Part shown: positions 39,868 to 49,729 of the stretch, piece by piece
Layout: the number at the start of each line of letters is the position of its first letter
Numbering within the stretch: position 1 is the first letter of the stretch
From: Candidatus Zixiibacteriota bacterium
Lineage (GTDB): Bacteria; Zixibacteria; MSB-5A5; GN15; JAAZOE01
Assembly (NCBI GenBank): GCA_043819555.1
Contig: JBDREQ010000039.1
Span: 1,453 to 65,452, forward strand
Reading direction: 5' to 3'
Length of the DNA stretch: 64,000 bases
Position numbers and translations under genes: made by a program
Notes under the pieces: generated by a model
The model's input: the letters and a program-made list of their open reading frames with translations, nothing else
Database searches by the model: none
Told to the model about the DNA's origin: nothing

Positions 39868-40203
39868 TTAAAATGAATCAACGGCCTCATCGACCGAATC
39901 GAATGACTTGAAAACGGTTATTAATTTCGTAATCGTTAAAAGCGATTGGATCTTTTCAGTGACATTTGCCAAACGCAACTCCCCATCAGATTTTCTTAGG
40001 GTCGTTAATCCCGAAATCATTAGACCCAAACCGGTTGAATTCATCCAGTCAACTTTGCCCAAATCTATTACGACATTTGTCTTTTTTTGCTCGATCAAAT
40101 CATGTAAAAGATCGTGCAAAGCCGTTGATTCCGGCCCCCCCATGATTTTGCCCTTGGGTTCAATAACAACTATGCCGTTTTTTTCGAAATGGTTCAGTTT
40201 CAT
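39868..40203 (-). CDS. Anti-anti-sigma factor (STAS), RsbV-like
   Basis: VIDLGKVDWMNSTGLG phospho-Ser motif. Confidence 0.92.
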   Translation of the reverse strand: MKLNHFEKNGIVVIEPKGKIMGGPESTALHDLLHDLIEQKKTNVVIDLGKVDWMNSTGLGLMISGLTTLRKSDGELRLANVTEKIQSLLTITKLITVFKSFDSVDEAVDSF

Positions 40204-40494
40204 ATTTATCTCCTGAATTTGGTTATCTGTGCCTCGGTATCATGAATTTTTGAAATATGTAATACCCTCTATTGCCAAAAATCTCCCGAGTAACAATACC
40301 CATATTAAAGTGTGAAAGTCAAGGTTTTTCTGGACAGCAAACGCGCCACTATTCAAATTTACTATACTCTCTTAAATTCTATTTACCGTCATACAATCTC
40401 AATTAGGGAACAATAATGTTTAAAACCGTCTCTTTAATGCACCGTCAGATTTGAAAATTAAGTTTTTTACCACATTAGAAGTAATTTACGCCAA

Positions 40495-41691
40495 TTAAGT
40501 TGCATCCCCGGATGCGGGATCCGAAACGGATGGCGGGGGTGGCGGCGGAACTGGCGGCGGAACCGTTTCATCAATTGGTGGAGGAGGAGTAACTTCCGGC
40601 TGTTCGGAAATATCCAGCTTTTTTGGTTTCATTCCAAATCGTGAACTGATGACAGCCCCCATACCAATTGATACGACTATAAAGCCAAAAACTCCATGAC
40701 CAATATATGTTAAAATCGCGAGGACATCTAAATCGACAATTTCAAACATCATCGCGAGATATCGCCCCAATTCCAGAAAAATCACACCCAGTGCACCTGT
40801 TAAATACATTGATTCGCTCTTAACCCGAAGGATGCGGCGGATTAATCCTCCGATATAGATGGCGCCACCGACATAACCCAGCAGAATTAAAACTGGAAAC
40901 AAGATTACAACTACCGGCAAAAGAGGTATTCCAATAACCGTAATGGTCAGTATTAAAATGAGAGGGATAAATGAAATCCATATCAATAGTCCCCAGAAAA
41001 ACGAAGATAAAATTGCCGATTTAATCTTTCTGACAATGCGCCGCAAATTATTGGGCATTAGGGCCAAAAATATCATACATATAAAAAGCCAAAAAGCGGT
41101 AATAATATACTTTACATAATCCAGCAGAAAATCCGATAGTCCAATAATTCGAGGCGACAAATTCTTAAATATCGGTATTTCCTCTCGAGCTCCCCCGATT
41201 TTTCCGCCGCGACGCCGTACAATTTCTCCCGCTATTACGTCTCCCCGTATCTCTCCGCTGCTTTCAACCACTACCCTTTTAAGACTGATTACGTCATTAG
41301 TAACCAGACCCTTAACAACGACGTCATTGAATCCAAAAACAGTTCCCTCGATTCTTTCGTTAATATCTATAAAAACATCATCGAATAGTTCCACTAAATC
41401 GCCATCGTAAATTTCGGTGCAACGAATCTCTGGCGGTAATAAGATTTCGTCATCTATGGCTTCTTCACCATACTCGGATTCAGGTCGGGAGTATTTTTGA
41501 TATTTGACAAATTTCTCCTCGTCGGTATCATAATACCAGGTCTGGCCGGTCGAATCGATGGCAATCGTTTTTTCGTTGGAATGAGTAATTCGTATAAACT
41601 TCTGTCCCGTATCCTCCTGTGCGGAGGCTATTCCGACAGAAAATAAAAAAAATAAAGCAAATGCTAATTTAAAACGTAACCTGGTAATCAT
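40495..41691 (-). CDS. Membrane protein with bactofilin-like (polymer-forming) domain and Pro-rich tail
   Basis: Signal peptide, V.G.V/GEIRGDV repeats, about 5 TMs (ITVIGIPL), poly-Pro C-terminus. Confidence 0.7.
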   Translation of the reverse strand: MITRLRFKLAFALFFLFSVGIASAQEDTGQKFIRITHSNEKTIAIDSTGQTWYYDTDEEKFVKYQKYSRPESEYGEEAIDDEILLPPEIRCTEIYDGDLVELFDDVFIDINERIEGTVFGFNDVVVKGLVTNDVISLKRVVVESSGEIRGDVIAGEIVRRRGGKIGGAREEIPIFKNLSPRIIGLSDFLLDYVKYIITAFWLFICMIFLALMPNNLRRIVRKIKSAILSSFFWGLLIWISFIPLILILTITVIGIPLLPVVVILFPVLILLGYVGGAIYIGGLIRRILRVKSESMYLTGALGVIFLELGRYLAMMFEIVDLDVLAILTYIGHGVFGFIVVSIGMGAVISSRFGMKPKKLDISEQPEVTPPPPIDETVPPPVPPPPPPSVSDPASGDAT

Positions 41692-41692
41692 C

Positions 41693-42763
41693 TTAAAATT
41701 CCGAAAGAATTATCTCTCCCGATTTTGTCATCAGCGATACCTTCGGTCCCCCATGACCAAAAATGCCGGTTATCCTCGTCTTTGAAAAAGAATCAATTGA
41801 AATCGGGATCCGGGTATCGATATCGCCCGATTCCGCCTCGATTTTTATCTCCCCTCCGGAGGCAACCGGAACTAAAAACTCAATTGAGCCCGAAACGGTT
41901 TCTATAAAATAATCTTTGATCGAATTCAGCCCGGTCTTAATATTGATGTTACCCGACTCGGTAGAAACATCAAGCGCTCCAAAATCCTGCGAAATATTAA
42001 TCTTCCCTGAAGTTGATTTGAGCCTGATATCGCCCTCGATATGCTTCAAATCCATATTACCTGTAGTCTGGATCAGTATTAAATCACCGACAAGGTATTC
42101 TCCAGTTATCTGTCCGGAACTGTTTCGAATCTCAACGTCACCATTAATGGAATAAAAATTGACATCAGAACCGCTGGCATTGATACTTATTTTACCCTCA
42201 ATATCATTCAATTCCACCAAGCCGGAGGTAGTAGTAATTTCCAGAGCACCCTGATTATCTCTTATAGTGATGTTACCAGCCGTTCCGGAGATAAACAGCT
42301 TACCTCGAATTCCTGCCGTTTCAACATCCCCGGATGAGCTGTAAATATCTGCATTGCAATCAGTTGGAACGGAAATAACAAAATCAATCGAACCATAAGA
42401 AGATTCGCCCGATTTACCAAGAATTTTTTTCCAGAAGGAAGGCGAACGATCCTGAATTTTCAAAAATTGTGGTTCTATTGAAAAATGGCCGTCAACCTGG
42501 GCAACGCTAATCTGTACATGGTCGGCAACCAAATCGGCTTCATCTTTACTGTCGGCGTTAATTTTTTTGACGGCTTCAATTTTCAATATATTTTCATTGT
42601 TGGTCGTCAGAATAATATTACCATTGGCGCCTTTAATGGTCAGCTCCAGACCGGGTTCGACATCTATTATCTTTTGATATTCATACTGATAATCTTTTCC
42701 ATAAGATGACCCTGCCTGAAGTATTAACATCAATAGAACTATGATAAACCGAGACAAAACCAA
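41693..42763 (-). CDS. DUF4097-family beta-strand repeat protein
   Basis: Repeated TxSGxI/SSSGDV motifs, signal peptide; GTG start. Confidence 0.8.
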   Translation of the reverse strand: MVLSRFIIVLLMLILQAGSSYGKDYQYEYQKIIDVEPGLELTIKGANGNIILTTNNENILKIEAVKKINADSKDEADLVADHVQISVAQVDGHFSIEPQFLKIQDRSPSFWKKILGKSGESSYGSIDFVISVPTDCNADIYSSSGDVETAGIRGKLFISGTAGNITIRDNQGALEITTTSGLVELNDIEGKISINASGSDVNFYSINGDVEIRNSSGQITGEYLVGDLILIQTTGNMDLKHIEGDIRLKSTSGKINISQDFGALDVSTESGNINIKTGLNSIKDYFIETVSGSIEFLVPVASGGEIKIEAESGDIDTRIPISIDSFSKTRITGIFGHGGPKVSLMTKSGEIILSEF

Positions 42764-42777
42764 TTGTCAGCCTCCCG

Positions 42778-43341
42778 TCAAATACCTCGCAATTTCTTTT
42801 TCAAAAGCTCTCGAGCGCGAAATATCCTGGCTTTTATCGTTCCGACCGGAACTCCCAGTTCGTCGGCAATCTCCTCGTAAGATTTCTCTTCCTGATGCCG
42901 CGCGATAATAACTTTGCGGTATTTGTTGGGCAAAGCGCTAATCGCTTCATCAATCGATGATGCTCTCTCCCGCCGAACCATTTCTTCTTCAGGATGATGC
43001 CGATTATCCGGAATATCGATTGTAACCTGGCCGTTTTCGGTGCTTATCGGATTATCAAGCGACAACGCATTTATCCTTTTTTTTCTAATGTAATCGATTG
43101 AAGCATTTGCCGCGATTTTATACAGCCAGGTAGAAAATCGAAATTCGGAACGATAGGTTTTCAAAGAGCTAAAAGCTTTCATAAACGTATCCTGGGCCAG
43201 ATCGGATGCGATTTCTTTATCCCGCACAATCCGAAAAATAACATGAAGTACCGATCCCTGATGTTTCTCAACCAGGCCTCGATAAGCCTTTTGATCGCCT
43301 CTTAGGGCTTTTTCAATCAGTATATCGTCATCTAATGGCAA
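42778..43341 (-). CDS. ECF RNA polymerase sigma factor (SigW/RpoE-like)
   Basis: DLAQDTFMKA, FSTWLYKIA.N, SYEEIA..LGVPVGTIKARIFRAR. Confidence 0.93.
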   Translation of the reverse strand: MPLDDDILIEKALRGDQKAYRGLVEKHQGSVLHVIFRIVRDKEIASDLAQDTFMKAFSSLKTYRSEFRFSTWLYKIAANASIDYIRKKRINALSLDNPISTENGQVTIDIPDNRHHPEEEMVRRERASSIDEAISALPNKYRKVIIARHQEEKSYEEIADELGVPVGTIKARIFRARELLKKKLRGI

Positions 43342-43362
43342 CTCTTTGCCCTCAATCTAAAC

Positions 43363-43388
43363 TACGGCACAGAACTTTGTTAGTTGCA
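43363..43388 (-). promoter_or_regulatory. Putative autoregulatory ECF promoter
   Basis: TGCAAC-N16-CGTA on the minus strand, close to the SigW-type consensus TGAAAC-N16-CGTA. Confidence 0.65.
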
Positions 43389-43474
43389 GAGATTGCGCCC
43401 CAAAATACCCTGTAACCAATTAAAACACAATATAAATAACATCCGTCATGGAAATTCCGAAAATACGGACCATA

Positions 43475-43810
43475 TTACTTATCAGTCCATAATTCATAGG
43501 CCCGCCGCAAATGCGGTATAACGATTGACCCTCCGACAATCAAAGCGATAGACATCGTTTCATCGAATTCCTCGTCTGAAACTCCTTCTTCAATACACCG
43601 GTCGATGTGATAAGTAATACAATCATCACAGCGTAAAACCGTCGATGCGACCAAGCCCAATAGTTCTTTAGTTTTAACGTCGAGAGCTCCTTTTCGATAA
43701 CAGGCGGAATCGATCCCGAAAAAGCGTTTTATATTAAGATTGTCCCGATCGAGGATCACTTTATTCATAGTTTCCCGACGCTCCCGAAAAGCCTTAATTT
43801 TCTCGTTCAT
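43475..43810 (-). CDS. Carboxymuconolactone decarboxylase/AhpD-family protein
   Basis: GALDVKTKELLGLVAS.VLRCDDCITYH. Confidence 0.88.
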   Translation of the reverse strand: MNEKIKAFRERRETMNKVILDRDNLNIKRFFGIDSACYRKGALDVKTKELLGLVASTVLRCDDCITYHIDRCIEEGVSDEEFDETMSIALIVGGSIVIPHLRRAYELWTDK

Positions 43811-43906
43811 AATTTCCTCTTATTTTTAAAACAGCAACGATGCATTCAATAAAATTAGGCAGGAACAAAATTACAAGAGAGAATTTTTGACAAATGTAAG
43901 GCAGTA

Positions 43907-45019
43907 TTATTTTTTGATCCCGCCCAGCAGACGCTTTAAATCTTCAATCGGCTTGACTGGTGTCGGGTCGACGCCATTTAGAATCGCTAAATAAAAACTT
44001 GTAAAATCAGCTATTTGTACGAGTGAAAAGAGACGTTGGAGCTCATCGTCACCGCTGGATTCAATCTCAATGACTTCGACACCTTTGGCTTCAATCATTT
44101 CTTTAACAATATTCATTCGGGATTTGATCATGATACGGCTATTAATCAATTCATCGGAAGAAGTATAATCAGAACGATCCCTTAGAAGTACTGCGATTAT
44201 TTTGTCTTTGATTAATTCTATTCTTTCCCAGCCGACGATTTCGTTATGATTGCATTCTGGGAATTGATTGACAAATGATAAGACCTTGGCATTTTCGCTC
44301 AATTGCCCTTTAAATCGAATCGCGGCAGCTGATGTAAAATTGGTATTTGAATAAATTACCGGGATTTTATTATAGAGCTTTTCAGCCCATTGTTTACAAT
44401 TGTTATCTTTCAACAGCTTATCTATTAGATAGGATTTGGCCTGAATACCAAGAAATGAGGCAAGATTTTCTAAATCCGAGGGTTGAAGGCGGGAGACAAT
44501 CAAGTTATACAAAAGCATCACCAGAAGCCCGAATGAGTACCCAAGGGCGGCACGAGGTTGAATATCTTCTTTAGGTGATAGAATCGGGATATTTTTCCTC
44601 TTTGCGAACTCACCTATAGCTCCCCCAGTTGTAATAGCAAAAACTTTACACTTGCGGGAAACAGCCTGATACATGGCTGTCAGTGTTTCTTCAGTATTCC
44701 CTGAGTAAGACGAAACAATAACAACCGTTTTATCACGAGCAAAATACGGGAGATTATAGTCTCTGGAGACGATAATCGGAATTTTTGGATACTCACCCAA
44801 TACGGCTATGGCCAGATCTCCCCCAATGGCCGACCCGCCCATGCCGCAAATGACTATATTATCGATTTTATCTATATCCGGAAAATCTTCAGGATCGATT
44901 TTAGCTTGCTCCCAGATTTTAATCGCATCGCGAATTTGATTGGGAAAATCAACGATAGCATCATACATCCCACTCGGATCAAGTTCTTTAATTTTTCCCA
45001 AATTATCAAGAATACTCAT
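43907..45019 (-). CDS. Bifunctional phosphoglucose/phosphomannose isomerase
   Basis: GMGGSAIGG, SSYSGNTEET, QPRAA, ENAK, PECNHNEIVGW, DPTPV. Confidence 0.92.
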   Translation of the reverse strand: MSILDNLGKIKELDPSGMYDAIVDFPNQIRDAIKIWEQAKIDPEDFPDIDKIDNIVICGMGGSAIGGDLAIAVLGEYPKIPIIVSRDYNLPYFARDKTVVIVSSYSGNTEETLTAMYQAVSRKCKVFAITTGGAIGEFAKRKNIPILSPKEDIQPRAALGYSFGLLVMLLYNLIVSRLQPSDLENLASFLGIQAKSYLIDKLLKDNNCKQWAEKLYNKIPVIYSNTNFTSAAAIRFKGQLSENAKVLSFVNQFPECNHNEIVGWERIELIKDKIIAVLLRDRSDYTSSDELINSRIMIKSRMNIVKEMIEAKGVEVIEIESSGDDELQRLFSLVQIADFTSFYLAILNGVDPTPVKPIEDLKRLLGGIKK

Positions 45020-46785
45020 TGCAGCCAGCCGCCTTTCTTTTGCTGCCGTGTATATTCGTAAGCCTCGCGCAAAGCCCGTGATATCTTTTTAACGGTTGTC
45101 AGCCTCATCAGACGCGATACAAACCGTTTGGACTGGAGATAATCTAATCGCGAAATCCAGTCGGCGATTCCCGGTATCAAGGCCGGGTTCATTGACAGTT
45201 CATCGACGCCAAGTCCGACGAAAAAAGGAGTCAAATTTTTATCGCCAGCCATTTCTCCGCACACCGCCACCGGAATGCCATTGTCATGGGCGGCCAGGAC
45301 CGTCATCTGGATCAGCTTTAAAACCGACGGATGATAAGGAATATAATATTTGGCGACGCGATGATTAGCGCGATCAGCCGCCATTGTGTATTGTACCAGA
45401 TCATTGGTTCCAATCGAAAAGAAATCAACCAATTCGGCCAGGTAATCCGCCTGCATTGCGGCCGAGGGAACTTCAATCATAGCGCCAATCCGAATATTGT
45501 CATCATATGGTATCCGGGATCTCTTCAATTCGTTTTTTACCGTTTTTATCAAATCGCGCGTAGCGATAATCTCTGGCGCATCTGAAACCATTGGCAGGAG
45601 AATTCGGATATTACCGCAAACCGAAGCCCTGAGAATAGCTCTTATTTGGGTTTTCAATTGTTGGATTGAATCCAGAGAAACACGAATCCCCCTCCAGCCA
45701 AGGGCGGGATTTTCCTCATGAAGATTCTCCATTCCTTCGGCATATTTATCTCCTCCAAGATCAAAAGTCCTCAAGGTTACGGGAAGAGGACGAAATTTAT
45801 CAGCGATCTGAAAATAATTTTGAAACTGCTCTTCTTCAGATGGAAATGACTGGTCATTGAAATACAGAAATTCTGTGCGATAAAGCCCGACTCCGATCCC
45901 AAGACGAATCAGATGTTTGTCAAGCGGGCCGGGAATTTCGAGATTGGCCGCTATGCCATAGCGATGACCGTCCCGCGTTAGGGGGTTAATCGTTTTAGCC
46001 CGACCGAGAACCGCAAACGGCTGCGATTGTTTGCGGGTCCGGATACGATGGTAATTGTCGAGAATTTCTGAATCGGGATTGATAATAACTTCGCCTATAT
46101 TTCCGTCAATTATCATTTTCATACCGGTTGTCAATGAATCGGCAATGCTGATTTCCGTCATTACAGCAGGTATTCCGAGGGAACGCACGATTAATCCCAT
46201 GTGGGATGTCGGCCCGCCTTCTTCAGTCAAAAATCCAACGACTTTCTTTTTGGAATAAGACATTATCTGGCCGGGACTGAAAATCCGTCCTACCAGAATT
46301 GTCGGCTTTTTAAAATCGTTTTGAATGCTCGCACCGACACCGAGGAGCAGCGATAAAACCCTCTCGGAAACTGATTTTATATCATTTATCATTTGCCGCA
46401 AATACGGATCACGAGATTTTTGCAGAGCGGACAGGGTCTCGGCCAGAATTTCCTGAAAAGCGTATTCGGCATTTACTCGCCCATCCCTAATAGCATCAAT
46501 TACGCTCTCCTGAAATTTCTTGTCCGAAGCAATCATAACCTGCGCGTCAAATACATTTGCCCCCTGTTCCCCAATGGCAAGTACAGCCTTATTGCGCGCC
46601 ATTTCCAGTTCGGAAACCGTTTTATTAAGCGCTGTTTCCAGACGGATAATTTCTGATTTAATTTTCTGCTGTGGAATCGCTCTTCTGACAACCTGCAGGG
46701 TCGGATCCCGAACGACTTGCACTTCGCCAATCGCCAAACCGCCCGATACCGGAACACATTTTATTTTGAAATTTTCACTTTTCAT
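45016..46785 (-). CDS. ptsI: PTS Enzyme I
   Basis: GGPTSH phospho-His, GLYRTEF, RTFDLGGDK, ENPALGWRG, SIGTNDL.QY, CGEMA. Confidence 0.95.
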   Translation of the reverse strand: MKSENFKIKCVPVSGGLAIGEVQVVRDPTLQVVRRAIPQQKIKSEIIRLETALNKTVSELEMARNKAVLAIGEQGANVFDAQVMIASDKKFQESVIDAIRDGRVNAEYAFQEILAETLSALQKSRDPYLRQMINDIKSVSERVLSLLLGVGASIQNDFKKPTILVGRIFSPGQIMSYSKKKVVGFLTEEGGPTSHMGLIVRSLGIPAVMTEISIADSLTTGMKMIIDGNIGEVIINPDSEILDNYHRIRTRKQSQPFAVLGRAKTINPLTRDGHRYGIAANLEIPGPLDKHLIRLGIGVGLYRTEFLYFNDQSFPSEEEQFQNYFQIADKFRPLPVTLRTFDLGGDKYAEGMENLHEENPALGWRGIRVSLDSIQQLKTQIRAILRASVCGNIRILLPMVSDAPEIIATRDLIKTVKNELKRSRIPYDDNIRIGAMIEVPSAAMQADYLAELVDFFSIGTNDLVQYTMAADRANHRVAKYYIPYHPSVLKLIQMTVLAAHDNGIPVAVCGEMAGDKNLTPFFVGLGVDELSMNPALIPGIADWISRLDYLQSKRFVSRLMRLTTVKKISRALREAYEYTRQQKKGGWLQ

Positions 46786-46843
46786 TATACATCCCCACCA
46801 TATGATAATTTCCCCTTCGCTATCTTATCATTCCGAAATGCAA

Positions 46844-47113
46844 TTAATAAGTGTCACTGAATTTTCGCTTAAAAAGTTTCACCAATGCCTGGGAAGCTTC
46901 CTTTTCATCGCTCCCTTCAACCCGCAGAATGAGCTTGGTTCCATGCTCTGCCGCCAGAGCCATAACACCCAACATTGATTTGGCGTTTATTGTCATGTCC
47001 CCCTTTACCAGAAATATCTCGGATTCAAACTGCGCCGCTACTTGCACTACCCGGGCGGATGGACGGGCATGAAGGCCTAATTTATTTGTTACCGTAACCG
47101 TTTTCTCTATCAT
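46844..47113 (-). CDS. ptsH: Phosphocarrier protein HPr
   Basis: GLHARP, NAKSMLG. Confidence 0.95.
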   Translation of the reverse strand: MIEKTVTVTNKLGLHARPSARVVQVAAQFESEIFLVKGDMTINAKSMLGVMALAAEHGTKLILRVEGSDEKEASQALVKLFKRKFSDTY

Positions 47114-47114
47114 G

Positions 47115-48215
47115 CTAGACCGCGATGAACCGTTTCCCCGATAATTGTTTGATCAAACCGCGCAATTCCAAACTAAGCAAAAACCCCGAAACATTATTGG
47201 CCGTCATGCCTGTCTTGCGAACCAAAAAATCGATCTGTTTGGGTGAATCCGAAAGAATATCAATAATCAGATTTTCACCGTCGGACAATTCTTCAACCAT
47301 CTTCTTACCCGGGGCAATATAGTCATTTTTTAATTCCGGCAGTACTGAAAATATATCATCGGAAGAGATTAATATCCGCGCGCCGGTTTTGATCAGATCA
47401 TTGGCGCCCAGTGATTGCTTTGATGATAATTGTCCCGGAACCGCAAACAACGCCCTTCCCTGCGATAAGGCCAAATCAGCCGTCAACAACGCTCCTGATT
47501 TTTCACCGGCTTCCACTACGATTACAGCCTTTGATAGCCCGGAGATTACCCGATTGCGCCGAGGAAAATGCCCTGGGCTGGGTCCGGTTCCGGGGAAAAA
47601 TTCTGATATCACGGCGCCGTTTTCGCTAATTTCCCGATATAGTTTTTTATTTTCTCGCGGATAGATGACATCGATGCCCGAACCCAAAACAGCCAGCGTT
47701 CTTCCTCCCGCCTGCAGCGCTCCCCGATGCGATGCCGAATCGACCCCAATTGCCATGCCGGATACGATTGTAACATTTTTGGCAGCCAATTCGCCGGCCA
47801 TTTTACAAGCAGTCATCCTTCCATATTCCGAGGCATTACGAGACCCAACCACGGCAACGGCATTAATATCCGACGGTCCAATATTACCCTTTACAAAAAG
47901 AAACGGAGGCGGATCATAAATCTCAGATAAGGAAAGGGGATATTCCTCATCAAGAAGCGTTATTATATTTATCCCGTTTTTTCCTGCCCATTCCTCCAAC
48001 CTTCGGCCATAATTCAAATCCAGCCTTGTTTTTATTCGGACGGCTAATTCATCACTTATTCCTGGAATCTGTTTAAACTTATAACTATCCCAATCAAGTA
48101 TATCCGAAGCCCGTTCGATTCGTGACAAAATCGCCCTGATTTTTACCGGTCCTATATTTCCGACTGCGGCCAAACTCAAAATAATCGCGTGTGGGCTGAC
48201 AGTACCTTTACTCAT
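47115..48215 (-). CDS. dprA: DNA-processing protein DprA
   Basis: AVVGSR, VSGMAIGVD..SH, FPRRNRVISGLS, EAGEKSG, C-terminal winged helix. Confidence 0.95.
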   Translation of the reverse strand: MSKGTVSPHAIILSLAAVGNIGPVKIRAILSRIERASDILDWDSYKFKQIPGISDELAVRIKTRLDLNYGRRLEEWAGKNGINIITLLDEEYPLSLSEIYDPPPFLFVKGNIGPSDINAVAVVGSRNASEYGRMTACKMAGELAAKNVTIVSGMAIGVDSASHRGALQAGGRTLAVLGSGIDVIYPRENKKLYREISENGAVISEFFPGTGPSPGHFPRRNRVISGLSKAVIVVEAGEKSGALLTADLALSQGRALFAVPGQLSSKQSLGANDLIKTGARILISSDDIFSVLPELKNDYIAPGKKMVEELSDGENLIIDILSDSPKQIDFLVRKTGMTANNVSGFLLSLELRGLIKQLSGKRFIAV

Positions 48216-49188
48216 CGCCGGATTCTACACCTGCCAGTAATTGATTAAGCAATTGTTCAATACCCTCCCCTGAGACGGCTGAAATAAAACGATAATCGGA
48301 ATATTTCTTTCTCATTTCAGCAAGTTTTTCCGAATCAATTATATCCGTTTTGTTTATTGCTTTCACTATCGTGCGCCGAGTTAATTCGGGATCATATTTC
48401 CTGAGTTCTGAGAATAAATTCTCATATGTAATTTCGATATCCGATTCATACCCATCTATAATAAAAAGCAAAACGGCCGTTCGCTGAATATGTCGCAGGA
48501 ATTGGTGGCCCAAACCTTTACCCGTGCTGGCCCCCTCGATAATACCCGGAATATCAGCCATCACCATTGTCTTATAATCATGCATTTTGACAATGCCCAA
48601 ATTGGGAACCAAAGTTGTGAAGGGATAATCGGCTATTTTTGGTTTGGCGGAGGTCACTCTTGATAGTAGAGTCGATTTACCGGCATTGGGATAACCGACC
48701 AATCCAATATCAGCCAGAAGTTTCAACTCAAGGGCTAATTTAATTTTTTTCCCCGGCTGCCCGGGCGTAGCCTGCCGCGGGGTTTGATTGGTGGATGATT
48801 TGAAACTGTCATTCCCTTTGCCGCCCTTACCTCCAGGGGCGACGACGAATTGCATTTCATTTTCATCGAGATCAATAATTATATCTCCGGTATCCATTTC
48901 TTTTAATAAAGTACCTACGGGAACTTTCAAGACTACATCCTCACCATTATGGCCGGTTTTCAGGCTCCCCATTCCCGGATAGCCTTTTTGGGCTTTGTAA
49001 TGGCGTTTATATCTAAAATCCAACAATGTCCGCAAATTCTCATCGGCCTGAAATATAATATTACCACCGCGTCCCCCATTGCCGCCGTCGGGGCCTCCTT
49101 TGGCAATATACTTCTCTCGCCTGAATGAGACGCACCCGTCTCCGCCTCGGCCGCTTTCAATTTCTATTTCAACATAATCGATAAACAC
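48208..49188 (-). CDS. obgE: GTPase ObgE
   Basis: FRREKY..KGGPDGGNGG, GYPNAGKS, IADYPFTT, DIPG, NKTD; GTG start at 49188 after SD GGAGG. Confidence 0.96.
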   Translation of the reverse strand: MFIDYVEIEIESGRGGDGCVSFRREKYIAKGGPDGGNGGRGGNIIFQADENLRTLLDFRYKRHYKAQKGYPGMGSLKTGHNGEDVVLKVPVGTLLKEMDTGDIIIDLDENEMQFVVAPGGKGGKGNDSFKSSTNQTPRQATPGQPGKKIKLALELKLLADIGLVGYPNAGKSTLLSRVTSAKPKIADYPFTTLVPNLGIVKMHDYKTMVMADIPGIIEGASTGKGLGHQFLRHIQRTAVLLFIIDGYESDIEITYENLFSELRKYDPELTRRTIVKAINKTDIIDSEKLAEMRKKYSDYRFISAVSGEGIEQLLNQLLAGVESGDE

Positions 49189-49338
49189 TAGAAGCCCCTC
49201 CAAAAGCCTGATGTGATTCTTAGTTATTATCCCGTTGCTCAATATATATTTAAACCTCGCTCAAAATCCATCACTTTTTTATACCATTAATCGTCCTGAA
49301 TGATTAAATTGTAAAGTTCTAAGGAGGAGAACAATAAT

Positions 49339-49692
49339 ATGAAATGGCATAAAATCATTATGGGATTATTGGTTTTTGTTTTGGGAATAACAATCTCATG
49401 CGATAAGGCCGGCGATGATCATAAAGCGATGGATTTCGCCGGAAGAGTGACCGAGACGGATACTGCGGTTTACCTTGAAGGCGTAATCGTCACCGACAGC
49501 CAAAAAGATGCCGTCGATACAACCGATGAAAACGGATACTTTACCCTCCGCGAAATTAATTTTGAGAAGCACATGGTGTCATTTGAAAAAGAGGGATATA
49601 TAAAACTTGAAATGGAAATCGATTACCCTGGAAGTTTGTCCCACCCACTAGTTAGCAAACATGTGATCCTGGAAAAGGCGGAGGATGAATAG
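49339..49692 (+). CDS. Small lipoprotein with carboxypeptidase-regulatory-like beta-sandwich
   Basis: SD AGGAGG, lipobox TIS-C, TTDENGYF, FEKEGY. Confidence 0.7.
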   Translation: MKWHKIIMGLLVFVLGITISCDKAGDDHKAMDFAGRVTETDTAVYLEGVIVTDSQKDAVDTTDENGYFTLREINFEKHMVSFEKEGYIKLEMEIDYPGSLSHPLVSKHVILEKAEDE

Positions 49693-49729
49693 TCGGCAAT
49701 TATTATAGAATTTATTTTATATATACGTA

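Noticed and set aside
40520..40600. GGCGG-rich short repeats
   Set aside because: Explained by the poly-proline tail of the encoded membrane protein
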